Source: Spirochaetia bacterium | GTDB lineage: Bacteria > Spirochaetota > Spirochaetia > SZUA-6 > Bin103 | Assembly (NCBI GenBank): GCA_965203905.1 | Contig: CBDBDQ010000005.1 | Span: forward strand, 4,544,001-4,608,000 | Length of the DNA: 64,000 bases | Reading direction: 5' to 3' | Notes under the pieces: model-generated | The model's database searches: none | Seen by the model: only the letters and a program-made list of their open reading frames with translations | What the model was told of the DNA's origin: nothing | Shown: one piece after another, positions 46,384-56,335 of the stretch | Layout of the letters: each line of letters begins with the position of its first letter | Numbering within the stretch: the first letter of the stretch is position 1 | Program-made: the position numbers and the translations under genes

Positions 46384-47423
46384 CAGGGCCGACTCCCGGC
46401 GCGCCCGGTTCACCCGGAGGCCGCATCGGCACCACCGTGGTGGGCAGCTACCCGATCCCCACGTGGTTGGCGGCGTTGCCGAGCGCCCCGAACCTGGCCG
46501 ACGCCCTGCTGGTGGTGCTCAAGACCCAGGAGCTGGCCGGCATCGACCTGCTGTCCGACGGCGAGTTCTCCCGCTTCGACGTCAACCATCCCGACACCAA
46601 CGGCATGATCGACTACTTCGTGGCGCCGCTGGCGGGCGTGGCCACCGAGTTGAGCCGTGCCGAGCTGGCCGCCTTCCGGGAGCTGCGCGGCATGAGCTTC
46701 CGCTCGGCGCCGGCGGGAGTGGTGCGCGGGCCGCTGGGCGAGGGAACCCTCAATCTGCCCGCCGCCTGGCAGCAGGTGCGCGGTGTGAGCCGGTCGCCGA
46801 TCAAGTTCACGGTGACCTCGCCCTACATGCTGGCGCAGACCCTGCTGGACCGCCACTACGGCGACGCGCGGGCGCTGGCCGCGGCGCTCGCCGAGGTGCT
46901 GCGCGCGCAGGTGGCGGAGATCGATGCCGCGGTCATCCAGATCGACGAGGCCAATCTCACCGGCCACGCGGAGGATGCCGGCTGGGCGCACGAGCCGATC
47001 AACACCGTGCTCGGCGGCGTGCAGGGCGAGAAGGCCCTGCATCTGTGCTTCGGCAACTATGGCGGCCAGAGCATTCAGTCGGGAGAATGGCGCGCCCTGC
47101 TCGGGTTTCTCAATGCGCTCGACGTGGACCACCTGGTGCTGGAGTTCGCGCGCCGCGGCTACGACGAACTGGAGTTGTTCAACGATCTGCGTCCGGAGAT
47201 CGCCCTCGGAGTCGGCCTGGTCGACATCAAGGACAACGCCGTGGAGAGTCCCGACCTGATCGCCGGGCGCATCGAGCACGCGGTGCGCGTGCTGGGCGCC
47301 GAGCGCGTCCGCTGGGTGCACCCCGACTGCGGATTCTGGATGCTCCCGCGCAGCGTGGCGGACCGCAAGCTGCACGCCCTGGTCGCAGGCCGCGACCTCT
47401 ACGAAGGCCGTCAGCGCCGTTAA
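46380..47423 (+). CDS. Cobalamin-independent methionine synthase II family protein
   Basis: TTVVGSYP, SDGE, IQIDE, HLCFGN, LEFA, PDCG. Confidence 0.88.
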   Translation: MTGPTPGAPGSPGGRIGTTVVGSYPIPTWLAALPSAPNLADALLVVLKTQELAGIDLLSDGEFSRFDVNHPDTNGMIDYFVAPLAGVATELSRAELAAFRELRGMSFRSAPAGVVRGPLGEGTLNLPAAWQQVRGVSRSPIKFTVTSPYMLAQTLLDRHYGDARALAAALAEVLRAQVAEIDAAVIQIDEANLTGHAEDAGWAHEPINTVLGGVQGEKALHLCFGNYGGQSIQSGEWRALLGFLNALDVDHLVLEFARRGYDELELFNDLRPEIALGVGLVDIKDNAVESPDLIAGRIEHAVRVLGAERVRWVHPDCGFWMLPRSVADRKLHALVAGRDLYEGRQRR

Positions 47424-47469
47424 CGGCGGATATTTGATTACCTTGTACGCGAATATGGGAGGAGTTGAG

Positions 47470-47859
47470 GTGTCAGCGCTGGATGGGGTTATCGATTTCG
47501 ACAAGTCGGGCGGCGTGGTGCCGGTGATCGCGCAGGACGCCGAGGACGGCGCCGTGCTGATGATGGCGTACATGAACCGCGAGGCACTCGCCGAGACCTT
47601 GCGTACCGGCCGCGTCTGCTACTTTTCGCGCAGCCGCAACCGGCTCTGGCGCAAGGGCGAGGAGAGCGGCAATGTCCAGGAGCTGCGTGGCCTGTACATC
47701 GACTGCGATGCCGACGCGATCCTGGTCAAGGTGCACCAGGTCGGCGGCGCCGCGTGTCACGAGGGCTACCGCAGCTGCTTCTTCCGCCAGGTCGCAGGCG
47801 AGGAGTTGCAGGTGATCGCCGAACGGGTGTTCGATCCGCGGGAGGTATACCGAAAGTGA
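47470..47859 (+). CDS. hisI: Phosphoribosyl-AMP cyclohydrolase
   Basis: [30 protein letters not shown]. Confidence 0.95.
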   Translation: MSALDGVIDFDKSGGVVPVIAQDAEDGAVLMMAYMNREALAETLRTGRVCYFSRSRNRLWRKGEESGNVQELRGLYIDCDADAILVKVHQVGGAACHEGYRSCFFRQVAGEELQVIAERVFDPREVYRK

Positions 47860-48734
47860 GTACGCCCGTGCTCAAGTTCGGCATTCCGGCCGGCAGTCTG
47901 CAGGAGGCCACCGCGGAGCTGTTTCATCAGGCCGGCTACCGGATCACCTTTCGGTCGCGCTCCTACTACCCGGAGATCGACGACCCCGAAATCGAATGCA
48001 TCCTGATTCGCGCGCAGGAAATGGCCCGTTACGTCCAGGACGGCGTCATGGATGCCGGGCTGACCGGACACGACTGGATCGTCGAGAACCGCGCCAAGGT
48101 GGTCGAAGTCGCCGAGCTGGTGTTCTCCAAGGTGAGCCGGCGTCCGGTGCGCTGGGTGCTGGCGGTGCCGGAGGACTCGCCGATCCAGGGGCCGCGAGAC
48201 CTGCAGGGGAAGCACATCGCCACCGAGGCGGTGAACCTCACCGCCGACTACCTGGAGCGCCACGGCGTGGAGGCGTCCGTGGAGTTCTCCTGGGGCGCCA
48301 CGGAAGTGAAGCCGCCGCGTCTGGCGGACGCCATCGTGGAGGTCACCGAGACCGGCAGCTCACTGCGCGCCAACAACCTGCGTATCGTGGACACGATCGT
48401 GCACAGCACGCCGCGGCTGATCGCCAACGAGACCGCGTGGAAGGATGACTGGAAGCGTCGCAAGCTCCAGAACATGGCGCTCATGCTGCGCGGCGCCATG
48501 GCCGCCGAGGGCAAGGTGGGACTGATGATGAACGTGCCCAACGACAAGATGGATGGTGTGGTGGCGGTCCTGCCTGCGCTGCAGAAGCCAACCTTGTCGG
48601 GCCTGGTGAATGGCGACTGGATCGCCGTGAACACGGTGATCGACGAGTCGGTGGTACGCGATATCATCCCGCGCCTGAAGGAAGCGGGAGCGAGCGGCAT
48701 CGTCGAGTACCCGCTGAGCAAGATCATCGACTAA
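47856..48734 (+). CDS. hisG: ATP phosphoribosyltransferase, long form
   Basis: [34 protein letters not shown]-terminal regulatory domain. Confidence 0.95.
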   Translation: MSTPVLKFGIPAGSLQEATAELFHQAGYRITFRSRSYYPEIDDPEIECILIRAQEMARYVQDGVMDAGLTGHDWIVENRAKVVEVAELVFSKVSRRPVRWVLAVPEDSPIQGPRDLQGKHIATEAVNLTADYLERHGVEASVEFSWGATEVKPPRLADAIVEVTETGSSLRANNLRIVDTIVHSTPRLIANETAWKDDWKRRKLQNMALMLRGAMAAEGKVGLMMNVPNDKMDGVVAVLPALQKPTLSGLVNGDWIAVNTVIDESVVRDIIPRLKEAGASGIVEYPLSKIID

Positions 48735-48752
48735 GCGTCGACCGGGCTGCGG

Positions 48753-50492
48753 CTATTCGGGCTCCGCGGACGGGTCGGGCGCGAGGAAGTCCAGGTCGGC
48801 GCCGAGGTGGGCCGGCAGCACGTGCTCGGCGTGCAGCCGCCGCCAGCCGCGTGCCGCCAGCGGCGGCTGCGCGGGTAGCCGGGTGCGGCGCGCCTCCAGC
48901 TCCGCGCTCGCCACCAGCAGGTCGATGCGGCCGTGGTCCGCGTCCAGCTCGATCGGGTCGCCATGCTGCACCAGCGCCAGCGGGCCGCCGCGTGCGGCCT
49001 CCGGCGAGCAGTGCAGCACGACGGTGCCGCCGGCGGTTCCGCTCATGCGGGCGTCCGAGACCCGCACCATGTCCCGTACCCCGGTGACCGCCAGCTTGCG
49101 CGGAATCGGCAGCGAGCCGGTCTCCGGCATGCCGGCCGCGGCGGGGCCGCTGTTGCGCAGCACCAGCACGTGGTTGGGCGTGACCGGCAGATCCGGGTCA
49201 TCGATGCGTGCCGCCAGGTCGGCGGGCGACTCGAACACCAGGGCCGGGCCGCGGTGGCGCAGCAGGGCGGGGGTGGCCGCGGAGCGCTTGAGGATCGCGC
49301 CCTCCGGGGCCAGCGAGCCGCGCAGCACCGCGATGGCTCCGGGGCCGCCGATGGGCGCTTCCAGGGTGCCGATCACCCGTTCCGGCCGCTGCGGCCCCGA
49401 GTGAGCGGTCGGATGCGCCGCGAGTGCGGCCGCGAGCTGTTGGCCCATGGTGCTCCCGCTGACACAGCGCGCATCGAGCCGCAGCAGCGGGCGCAACTCC
49501 GCCAGCACCGCCGGCATGCCGCCCGCCTGGTGCAGGTCCTCCAGCCACAGGTCGCCGCTGGGCTTGCAGTTCACCAGCAGCGGCACGCGCCGTGCGGCCG
49601 CCTCGAAGTCGTCGAGGGTGAGCGCGACCCCGGCGCGCCGGGCAATGGCCAGCAGGTGGATCACGGCGTTGGTGGAGCCGCCGATGGCCAGCAGCGCGGT
49701 GACCGCGTTGGCGAACGCCGCCGGCGTGAGCACCTGGCTTGGGCGCAGCGGCGCCTGCGCCAGCGCGGCCGCGCGCCGGCCGGTCGCCACCGCGTGGCGC
49801 AGGCGCGCGCCCGAGCCGGAGGGAGCAGTGGCGCCGCCCGGCAGCATCAGTCCCATCGCCTCGCCGAGGCAGGCCATGGTGGACGCCGTTCCCATTACCA
49901 TGCAGGTGCCGCCCGTGGGGCACAGCTCCTGCTGCACCTGCTCCAGCTCCGCCTGCTCCAGCTCGCCGGCACGGAACTGCTGCCAGTGGGCGCGGCAGTC
50001 GGTGCAGGCGCCGAGCCGCGTACCGCGCCAGGACCCGGTGCGCATCGGCCCGGTGACCAGCGCCACGGCGGGCACGTCGGCGGAGGCCGCCGCCATCAAC
50101 TGCGCCGGCACCGTCTTGTCGCAGCCTCCGACCAGCACCGCCGCGTCCATCGGGTAGGCGCTGAGCGCCTCCTCGGTCTCCATCGCCAGCAGGTTGCGGT
50201 ACAGCATGGAGGTGGGCGTGATCAGGATCTCGCCCAGGGACAGAGTCGGCAGGGTGAGGGGTAGCGCGCCGCCCTGCAGCACGCCGCGGCGCACCGCCTC
50301 CACCAGCGCCGGCATGTCACGGTGGCAGGTGGTGTAATCGGAGCTGGTCTCGACGATGGCCACCACCGGGCGCTCCAGGTCGGCGCGGTCGTAGCCGGCC
50401 GAGGCCAGGAACGCGCGCCGCAGGAAGGAGCTGAATCCCGGATCGCCGTACGATGTCAGGCGACCATCGACACCGCGCGCCGCTGCGCTCAC
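48753..50492 (-). CDS. IlvD/Edd family (sugar-acid) dehydratase
   Basis: GGCDKT, GTCMVMGTASTM, IGGSTNA, GMPE, SDARMSGT. Confidence 0.92.
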   Translation of the reverse strand: MSAAARGVDGRLTSYGDPGFSSFLRRAFLASAGYDRADLERPVVAIVETSSDYTTCHRDMPALVEAVRRGVLQGGALPLTLPTLSLGEILITPTSMLYRNLLAMETEEALSAYPMDAAVLVGGCDKTVPAQLMAAASADVPAVALVTGPMRTGSWRGTRLGACTDCRAHWQQFRAGELEQAELEQVQQELCPTGGTCMVMGTASTMACLGEAMGLMLPGGATAPSGSGARLRHAVATGRRAAALAQAPLRPSQVLTPAAFANAVTALLAIGGSTNAVIHLLAIARRAGVALTLDDFEAAARRVPLLVNCKPSGDLWLEDLHQAGGMPAVLAELRPLLRLDARCVSGSTMGQQLAAALAAHPTAHSGPQRPERVIGTLEAPIGGPGAIAVLRGSLAPEGAILKRSAATPALLRHRGPALVFESPADLAARIDDPDLPVTPNHVLVLRNSGPAAAGMPETGSLPIPRKLAVTGVRDMVRVSDARMSGTAGGTVVLHCSPEAARGGPLALVQHGDPIELDADHGRIDLLVASAELEARRTRLPAQPPLAARGWRRLHAEHVLPAHLGADLDFLAPDPSAEPE

Positions 50493-50497
50493 GGCGG

Positions 50498-51643
50498 CTA
50501 ACGACCGCGAATGCCGGCTTGTTCCAGGTCGCGGTGGCCGGCGCGCAGGTCCTCGAGGTAGTGAGTCAGCTCCTGCGCCTTGTCGCGCAGCGACAGCAGG
50601 GCGGCGGATTCTCCCGTTGGGGCGGCGCGCAGGCGCGGGACATCGAGCGAGAGCTGCTGCAGCGCGAGCACCGCGGACTTGGCGCGCAGGTCGATCATCT
50701 CTATCCGTTCCTGCAGGTCCTGCAATGTCTTGAGCTGCCCCTCGTACTGTTCCACCGCGGTCTCATACTCGCGTCGCAGTTCCGGGGAACTGGCTTCGTC
50801 CAGCTTTCCGCGCAGGGCGGCCAGCTCCTGGGTGACCTCCGCCGCCGACACCCGCGCCTCGGCGCGTTCCAGGTCGCGGCGTGCCTGCAGCAGGGCGCCG
50901 ATGTGCTCGGTATAGGCATCGAGTTCCGGCTGCAGGTCCGAGCGCCAGCGCTCCGCCTCCGCGCCCCCCACCTGCAGCTCGCCGAGGATCGTATCGCGCA
51001 GCTCCACCGCCTCCGCCAGCAGCGGCGCGTGCGCCGGCGAGACCTCGTTCGCACTCGGATCGCGGCCGGCACGCGGCATCGCGGTCGGCTCGTCTTCCAT
51101 GCCGGCTTCCTCCAGCTCGCGGCGCAGGCGTCGCCGACGGGTGCGCGCCACGGCATGGTGAATCGCCAGAGGCACGCCCAACGCGAAGACCGGGAAGATC
51201 GACCAGGGCACCGGATGTGCGAGGAAGATATTGGCTCCGACCAGGAAGGCCGACAGGCCGGCGACCGTGCTCAGGTGGTGGTGCAGGCGGCGGCGCAGTG
51301 AAAACAGCTTGCGGATGCGCGCCAGCGTGCCCCTGGTGAGCGGCGGCAGGGCCGCGGCATCGCGCGCCTCCCGCGCCCGCACCCGCGCCTCGGTGACGTG
51401 GTGCAGCAGGCCGATGCCCCAGGCGCTGAGCGGAAACAGGCACCACAGAAAGCCGGGCGAGGTGAAGAGGTTGATCAGGAGCAGGAACGAGTTCACCGCA
51501 GCGTAGGTGACCCCGTGAACCGTGAGCGCCGACCGGGCGCTCTCGGCGCGCTCCCGCGTGCGTCGCACGAAGCGCGCCAGCCTCTCGCGCAGCGAGCTGC
51601 TCGGCCCCGCGCTTCCGTCGGGCGTTGCTGGTTCCACTGCCAT
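50498..51643 (-). CDS. Tandem 2TM-domain protein with C-terminal coiled coil, copy A
   Basis: H..TYAAVN.FL..IN.FT...W..FP..AWGIGLLHH motif twice, then a long helical tail. Confidence 0.8.
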   Translation of the reverse strand: MAVEPATPDGSAGPSSSLRERLARFVRRTRERAESARSALTVHGVTYAAVNSFLLLINLFTSPGFLWCLFPLSAWGIGLLHHVTEARVRAREARDAAALPPLTRGTLARIRKLFSLRRRLHHHLSTVAGLSAFLVGANIFLAHPVPWSIFPVFALGVPLAIHHAVARTRRRRLRRELEEAGMEDEPTAMPRAGRDPSANEVSPAHAPLLAEAVELRDTILGELQVGGAEAERWRSDLQPELDAYTEHIGALLQARRDLERAEARVSAAEVTQELAALRGKLDEASSPELRREYETAVEQYEGQLKTLQDLQERIEMIDLRAKSAVLALQQLSLDVPRLRAAPTGESAALLSLRDKAQELTHYLEDLRAGHRDLEQAGIRGR

Positions 51644-51800
51644 CGCTTGGTTCCGCCCTAAGGTAACAGCTTGTCGTAGCGCGCTCCAACCGAGGGTGGC
51701 GATCTTATGCCATCGTCCGCAGCCCCGGTTGCGCGGCCACGACCGCGTTGGGCAATGGCCTGCGCGCACGAGCCGCCCTGCACCACGTCGCGCCGCCTAC

Positions 51801-51840
51801 CGCCCCGGAACCGTCGCCTGTCCGCGTCGTACGGAGTGCC
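51801..51840 (+). repeat. Short degenerate copy of the dispersed repeat
   Basis: CGCCCCGGAACCGTCGCCTG...CGTACGGAGT shares both conserved blocks. Confidence 0.5.
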
Positions 51841-51842
51841 TG

Positions 51843-52991
51843 CTAACGGCCACGGATGCCGGCCTGCTCGAGATCTTGGTGGCCGGCGCGCAGGTCCTCC
51901 AGGTAGTGAGTCAGCTCCTGCGCCTTGTCGCGCAGCGATAGCAACGCGTCGGATTCTCCCGTTGGGGCGGCGCGCAGGCGCGGGATATCGAGCGAGAGCT
52001 GCTGCAGCGCGAGCACCGCGGACTTTGCGCGCAGGTCGATCATCTCCATCCGTTCCTGCAGGTCCTGCAATGTCCTGAGCTGCCCCTCGTACTGTTGCAC
52101 CGCGGTCTGATATTCGCGTCGCAGTTCCGGGGAGCTGGCTTCGTCCAGCTTTCCGCGCAGGGCGGCCAGCTCCTGGGTGACCTCCGCCGCCGACACCCGC
52201 GCCTCGGCGCGTTCCAGGTCGCGGCGTGCCTGCAGCAGGGCGCCGATGTGCTCGGTGTAGGCATCGAGTTCCGGCTGCAGGTCCGAGCGCCAGCGCTCCG
52301 CCTCCGCGCCGCCGTCCCGCAGCTCTGCCAGGATCGACTCCCGAAGTTGCGCGGCATCCGCCAGCAACGGTGCGTCGCCGAGCAGCACCTCGGGATCGTC
52401 CGCCGGAAGGGACGCGAGGTCCGCCGCCGACTCGAGATCCACCCCGTCCTGCTCCAGCTTGCGGCGCAGGCGTCTGCGCTGGGAACGAGCCTTGGCGTAG
52501 TGGATGCCCAGGGGAACGCCCAGCGCCCAGAAGATGGGGATGATCGCCCACGGCCCCTCTCTGGGTGTCAGGAGAACGTTGATTGCAATCAACAGGGCGG
52601 ACAGAGCGGTGGCCGTGGTCAGGTGGTGCCACAGGCGGCGGCGAGCGGTGAACAGCTTGCGCACGCGCGCCAGTGCGCGCTTGGTCAGCGGCGGAAGGGC
52701 CGCTGCATCACGAGCCTCCCGCGTCCGCACACGCGCTTCGGTGAAGTGGTGCAGCAACCCGATGCCCCAGGCGCCGAGCGGGAATAGGAACCACAGAAAG
52801 TCGGGCGACGTGAGAAGGTTGATCACCAGGTACAGAGGGTTGACGACTGCGTAGGTAAGGAAGTGCACGGTGAGACCGGATCGGGCGCTCTCCGCCCGCG
52901 CGCGGCAACTGCGTACGAAGCGAGCCAGCCGCTGCCGTAGCGAGCCCTTCGCCGCAGGGCGCTCGTCCCGCTCGGATGGTTGCCTCCCCAT
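51843..52991 (-). CDS. Tandem 2TM-domain protein with C-terminal coiled coil, copy B
   Basis: Paralogue of 50498-51643 with a near-identical C-terminal ~155 aa. Confidence 0.8.
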   Translation of the reverse strand: MGRQPSERDERPAAKGSLRQRLARFVRSCRARAESARSGLTVHFLTYAVVNPLYLVINLLTSPDFLWFLFPLGAWGIGLLHHFTEARVRTREARDAAALPPLTKRALARVRKLFTARRRLWHHLTTATALSALLIAINVLLTPREGPWAIIPIFWALGVPLGIHYAKARSQRRRLRRKLEQDGVDLESAADLASLPADDPEVLLGDAPLLADAAQLRESILAELRDGGAEAERWRSDLQPELDAYTEHIGALLQARRDLERAEARVSAAEVTQELAALRGKLDEASSPELRREYQTAVQQYEGQLRTLQDLQERMEMIDLRAKSAVLALQQLSLDIPRLRAAPTGESDALLSLRDKAQELTHYLEDLRAGHQDLEQAGIRGR

Positions 52992-53163
52992 GGTTCGTAT
53001 CGTCATCATACTAGCTTGTGACGAGGCGCTCCAAGCGACGCGTTCTGCCGGCGTTGCCGGGACCGGCGTATGACTGCCGCACCGAGCCATCGGCGGCCTC
53101 GCTCTCCTGCGGTCGGGGAGCGGCGACCGTCGTCGGTCAGGTCGCGTTCCGAGAGTTGCCGCG

Positions 53164-54096
53164 ATGATGGCGTGGGGCATCTTCATCGCCTTCGCTCACG
53201 CGGTGTGCTGGAGCGTCACCAGCATCCTGTTACGCCATCTTTCGCAGCGGCTGGACCCGTTCGTGCTCAACGGGCTGCGCGCGCTGCTGGGGGCAGCGGT
53301 GATCGTGGCCTGGTTCCTGGCAGCCGGCGCCCCCGGTGCGGCTGGCTTCACCCCCACGCGGCTGCTGCTGCTGGTGGCCGCCATCGCGGTGGGAGGCCTG
53401 ATCGGGGACACCTGCAGCGTGGTGGCGTTGCGCCTGGTGGGCGTGGCGCGCACTGTCCCGGTGACCTGCAGCTTTCCCATCTTCACCATGGCGTTCGCGT
53501 TCCTGCTCTGGGGGCAGGCGCCGGCACCGCTGGCGATTCTCGGCGCCCTCCTGGTGGTTGCAGCCGGCGCGGTGCTGTCGCTGCCGGAGCGGCGTCCGGC
53601 GCCCGGGCGGCCATCGACACCGGGTACGGCGCAGCGGCTCCCCGCCGTCGCGCGGCGTCAGCGCAAGCTCGGGTTGCTGCTGGCCACCGTCACGGCGGCC
53701 GTGTGGGGGCTGGAGGTTATTCTGACCGCCACCGCCGCCCAAGGCCTGACGACCCTGGCCGTGAATGCCGTGCGCGTGCCGATTGCGGCATTGCTGTCGC
53801 TCAGCGTGGCGTTGCGGCGTCCGGGCTCGCTCGAGGTGGCCGAACGGGTGCTGCGCGACCGCCGCACGCGGTGGTTGCTGATCCTGGGCGGGCTGCTGGG
53901 CTGGGTGGTGGTCGGCACGCTCTACGTGGAGTCGATCAAGCTGGTGGGCGCCACCTTCACGGCCATCATCGGCGCCACTGCGCCGCTGTACGCCGCACCG
54001 CTGAGTGCGCTGTTCCTCCGTGAACCGCCGAGCCGGCTCACCCTGGTCGGGACCGTCCTGGCCGTGGCCGGGGTAATCCTTGTACTCGTCGCCTGA
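53164..54096 (+). CDS. DMT/EamA family transporter
   Basis: Two EamA repeats, about 10 TM helices. Confidence 0.88.
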   Translation: MMAWGIFIAFAHAVCWSVTSILLRHLSQRLDPFVLNGLRALLGAAVIVAWFLAAGAPGAAGFTPTRLLLLVAAIAVGGLIGDTCSVVALRLVGVARTVPVTCSFPIFTMAFAFLLWGQAPAPLAILGALLVVAAGAVLSLPERRPAPGRPSTPGTAQRLPAVARRQRKLGLLLATVTAAVWGLEVILTATAAQGLTTLAVNAVRVPIAALLSLSVALRRPGSLEVAERVLRDRRTRWLLILGGLLGWVVVGTLYVESIKLVGATFTAIIGATAPLYAAPLSALFLREPPSRLTLVGTVLAVAGVILVLVA

Positions 54097-54144
54097 GCGA
54101 CCGCCCCCACGCGACAGCACCGCTGTCACGCGGCACGGCGACTT

Positions 54145-54722
54145 TCAGACCTGGGTTGCCGTCGAAGAGGCGATGCCGTTACCGGTCCCGGCGAGCTGGC
54201 GGTAACCGGCCTGGAGGTCGTCGACATAGGCACTGAGCTCGCGTGCGCGGTCGCGTAACGCAGTGTGCGGGAGCGGCTCGCCGACACTCTTCATGCGTGA
54301 GACATCGAGCGATATCTGCTGCAGTGCCGAGACGGCGGCCTTCGCCTGCAGGTCGATTGTTTCATTTCGTTCTTCCAGGTCCCGCAACGAGTGCAGTTGC
54401 CGCTGGTACTGGTCGATGGCCTGCCGGCAGTGGCGCTTGAGGTCTTCCGACGGGGCATATTCCAGCGTCGCGCCTCCGGGCGCGCATGCCGAGGTAGTAG
54501 TGGAGCAGGCTCAGGCCTCCGCCGCTGACCGGGATTCAGGGACCAGAGAAGGTCGGGAGACGCCATGGCGTTGAGCGGCACCAGCGCGCCCAATGGGATG
54601 ATGAGCGCCGGAGCGTAGGTGGAGAACCGAGAATCCGCCTTCTCGGCGCTCTCCCGGGTGGTGCGCTGGAGCGCACGAGTGAGACGAAAGCGCGGCGTCG
54701 CCTGGTGCCGCGGGGCAGCCAT
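54145..54722 (-). pseudogene. Third, decayed 2TM/coiled-coil paralogue
   Basis: RESAEKADS...LNAMASPDLLW and RDLEERNETIDLQAKAAVSALQQISLDV...LRDRARELSAYVDDLQAGY in different frames, with internal deletion. Confidence 0.75.
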
Positions 54723-54727
54723 GGTTG

Positions 54728-55402
54728 TCAGGAACGTTCCGTATTGAGCGTGGCGGTGGCGAACACCACGTGGAACGGTTTGCAGTAGATCACCACGCTG
54801 GCGTAACGGGCCACCTCCGTGTCCTCCGGTATCTCGTAGTTCTGGTCGCCCACGTTGCCCTTCAGCGGTCCCAGCTCGATGTAGTCGCCGAGGTCGTGGC
54901 GATTCGTGGGCAGGGGCTCGGTGGCCAGCAGGACGCGCAGGTCGGGACCGTTGGTGACCTTGAACTCCTCGAAGCGCAGCACTTGGCCGACAGCCGGAAT
55001 GTCGTACAGCTTGGCCTTGCCGCTGCCCTTGTGGAACCGGTCGGCGTCGCGAAACTCGCCGCTCGCCAGCAGTTGCGGCGCGCCCGGCATCGCCTCCACC
55101 ATCTCCTTGTCCGGCATCGCCGCCGCGAACTGCTCCACCTGCTTGCGGATGCGCTCGCGCACGCCGTCCGGCATCTCGTCCATCTCGTCCGGGGAGGGCA
55201 GGGCGTCCATGATGGTGCGTTCCATGGCGTCCATCTCCGCCGCCGACATCTCCTTCATCTCCGCCGCGCTCGGGATCTGGACCGGGAACGCCTCGCTGAC
55301 CATCCGATTGATGAACAGCGGCGAGGCCAGGTACCAGCCGACGACCACCACTACCGCGGCCCCTGCCGCAATCGCTCCATAGAGCAGTACGCGCTTGTTC
55401 AT
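54728..55402 (-). CDS. DM13 domain protein
   Basis: N-terminal anchor; SGEF..AD.FHKGSG, NGPDLRV, LKGNVGDQNY, SVVIYCKPFHVVFATA. Confidence 0.9.
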   Translation of the reverse strand: MNKRVLLYGAIAAGAAVVVVVGWYLASPLFINRMVSEAFPVQIPSAAEMKEMSAAEMDAMERTIMDALPSPDEMDEMPDGVRERIRKQVEQFAAAMPDKEMVEAMPGAPQLLASGEFRDADRFHKGSGKAKLYDIPAVGQVLRFEEFKVTNGPDLRVLLATEPLPTNRHDLGDYIELGPLKGNVGDQNYEIPEDTEVARYASVVIYCKPFHVVFATATLNTERS

Positions 55403-55502
55403 GTACTAGATTGTACTGCTTTCACGGCTGTCGCGCGCGCTTCGCGGTTTACTTTCGTGGGCGCCGACCGTAGTTCGGGGGACTGCCCCCGGACGGGTGG
55501 GG

Positions 55503-56318
55503 CTAGCGGGAGAAGGGGCCGTACCGCTCGGGGGTGTCCTCGTCCGGCCGGTACACGGACCGCCCGCCGGACAGGAACGGCACCGCCATGCCCCACAGCT
55601 CGCCCGCGCCGCCGCGGATCGGCGCCCTGCTGTACTGCGGCAGGTACACGCGGCGCATCCCGGCGCTGGTGTTGGGCCCGCTGCGGTGCAGGTTGTAGCT
55701 GCTGAACGCCGCGATGCTGCCCGCCGGGGCGATCACCGGCTCGCCCGGATCGTCGCCGTTGTAGCCGACCAGGTCGTTGCTGCCCTCCTCGTGGCGGTGG
55801 TCGTAGATGGTGCGGCGGGTGCCGCCGCGGGAGTGCGGCAGCACGTATGCGGTGCCGTTGGCCTCGTCCACGTCGTCGAGGGTGCACCAGCAGGTCAGGT
55901 AGGGCGGGTGAATGGCACTCGGGTCACGGGTTCTGACGTAGCCGGAATCCTGGTGCCAGGAGAACTTCATGCCCTGTTCCGGCCCTTTGACCACCCACTG
56001 CTCGTTGAACAGGAACACCTCGTCGCCGAGCAGGCGGCGCGTAACCTCCGTCATCAGCTCGCCGAACAGGAAGCTGCGCATGCGGCGGCTGGAGCGGTAG
56101 CGGTTGGCGATGAAGTAGCGGCTGCCGCGGTGGGTGATGCCGATGGTGGAGACTCCCTGCTCGTCCATCACCGCGTCGATGTAGCCCAGAAAGTAGGAGC
56201 ACTCCTCGCGCAGCATGGTCACCGTCTCCGAATCGATTACGCCTTCGAGTATGCACAGGCCTTCTTCGTGAAACTGCTCGCGCTGGGCGTCGCTCACCAC
56301 CGAACTGCCGTTGTTCAT
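55503..56318 (-). CDS. Phytanoyl-CoA dioxygenase family protein
   Basis: FHEEG, FSWHQDSGY, LPHS, LHRSGPN...RR. Confidence 0.9.
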   Translation of the reverse strand: MNNGSSVVSDAQREQFHEEGLCILEGVIDSETVTMLREECSYFLGYIDAVMDEQGVSTIGITHRGSRYFIANRYRSSRRMRSFLFGELMTEVTRRLLGDEVFLFNEQWVVKGPEQGMKFSWHQDSGYVRTRDPSAIHPPYLTCWCTLDDVDEANGTAYVLPHSRGGTRRTIYDHRHEEGSNDLVGYNGDDPGEPVIAPAGSIAAFSSYNLHRSGPNTSAGMRRVYLPQYSRAPIRGGAGELWGMAVPFLSGGRSVYRPDEDTPERYGPFSR

Positions 56319-56335
56319 CTGTCGTAGCTCCCTGC

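Noticed and set aside
48753-50492. Gene symbol ilvD
   Set aside because: Family is clear, but it could equally be a sugar-acid dehydratase; specificity cannot be read from sequence
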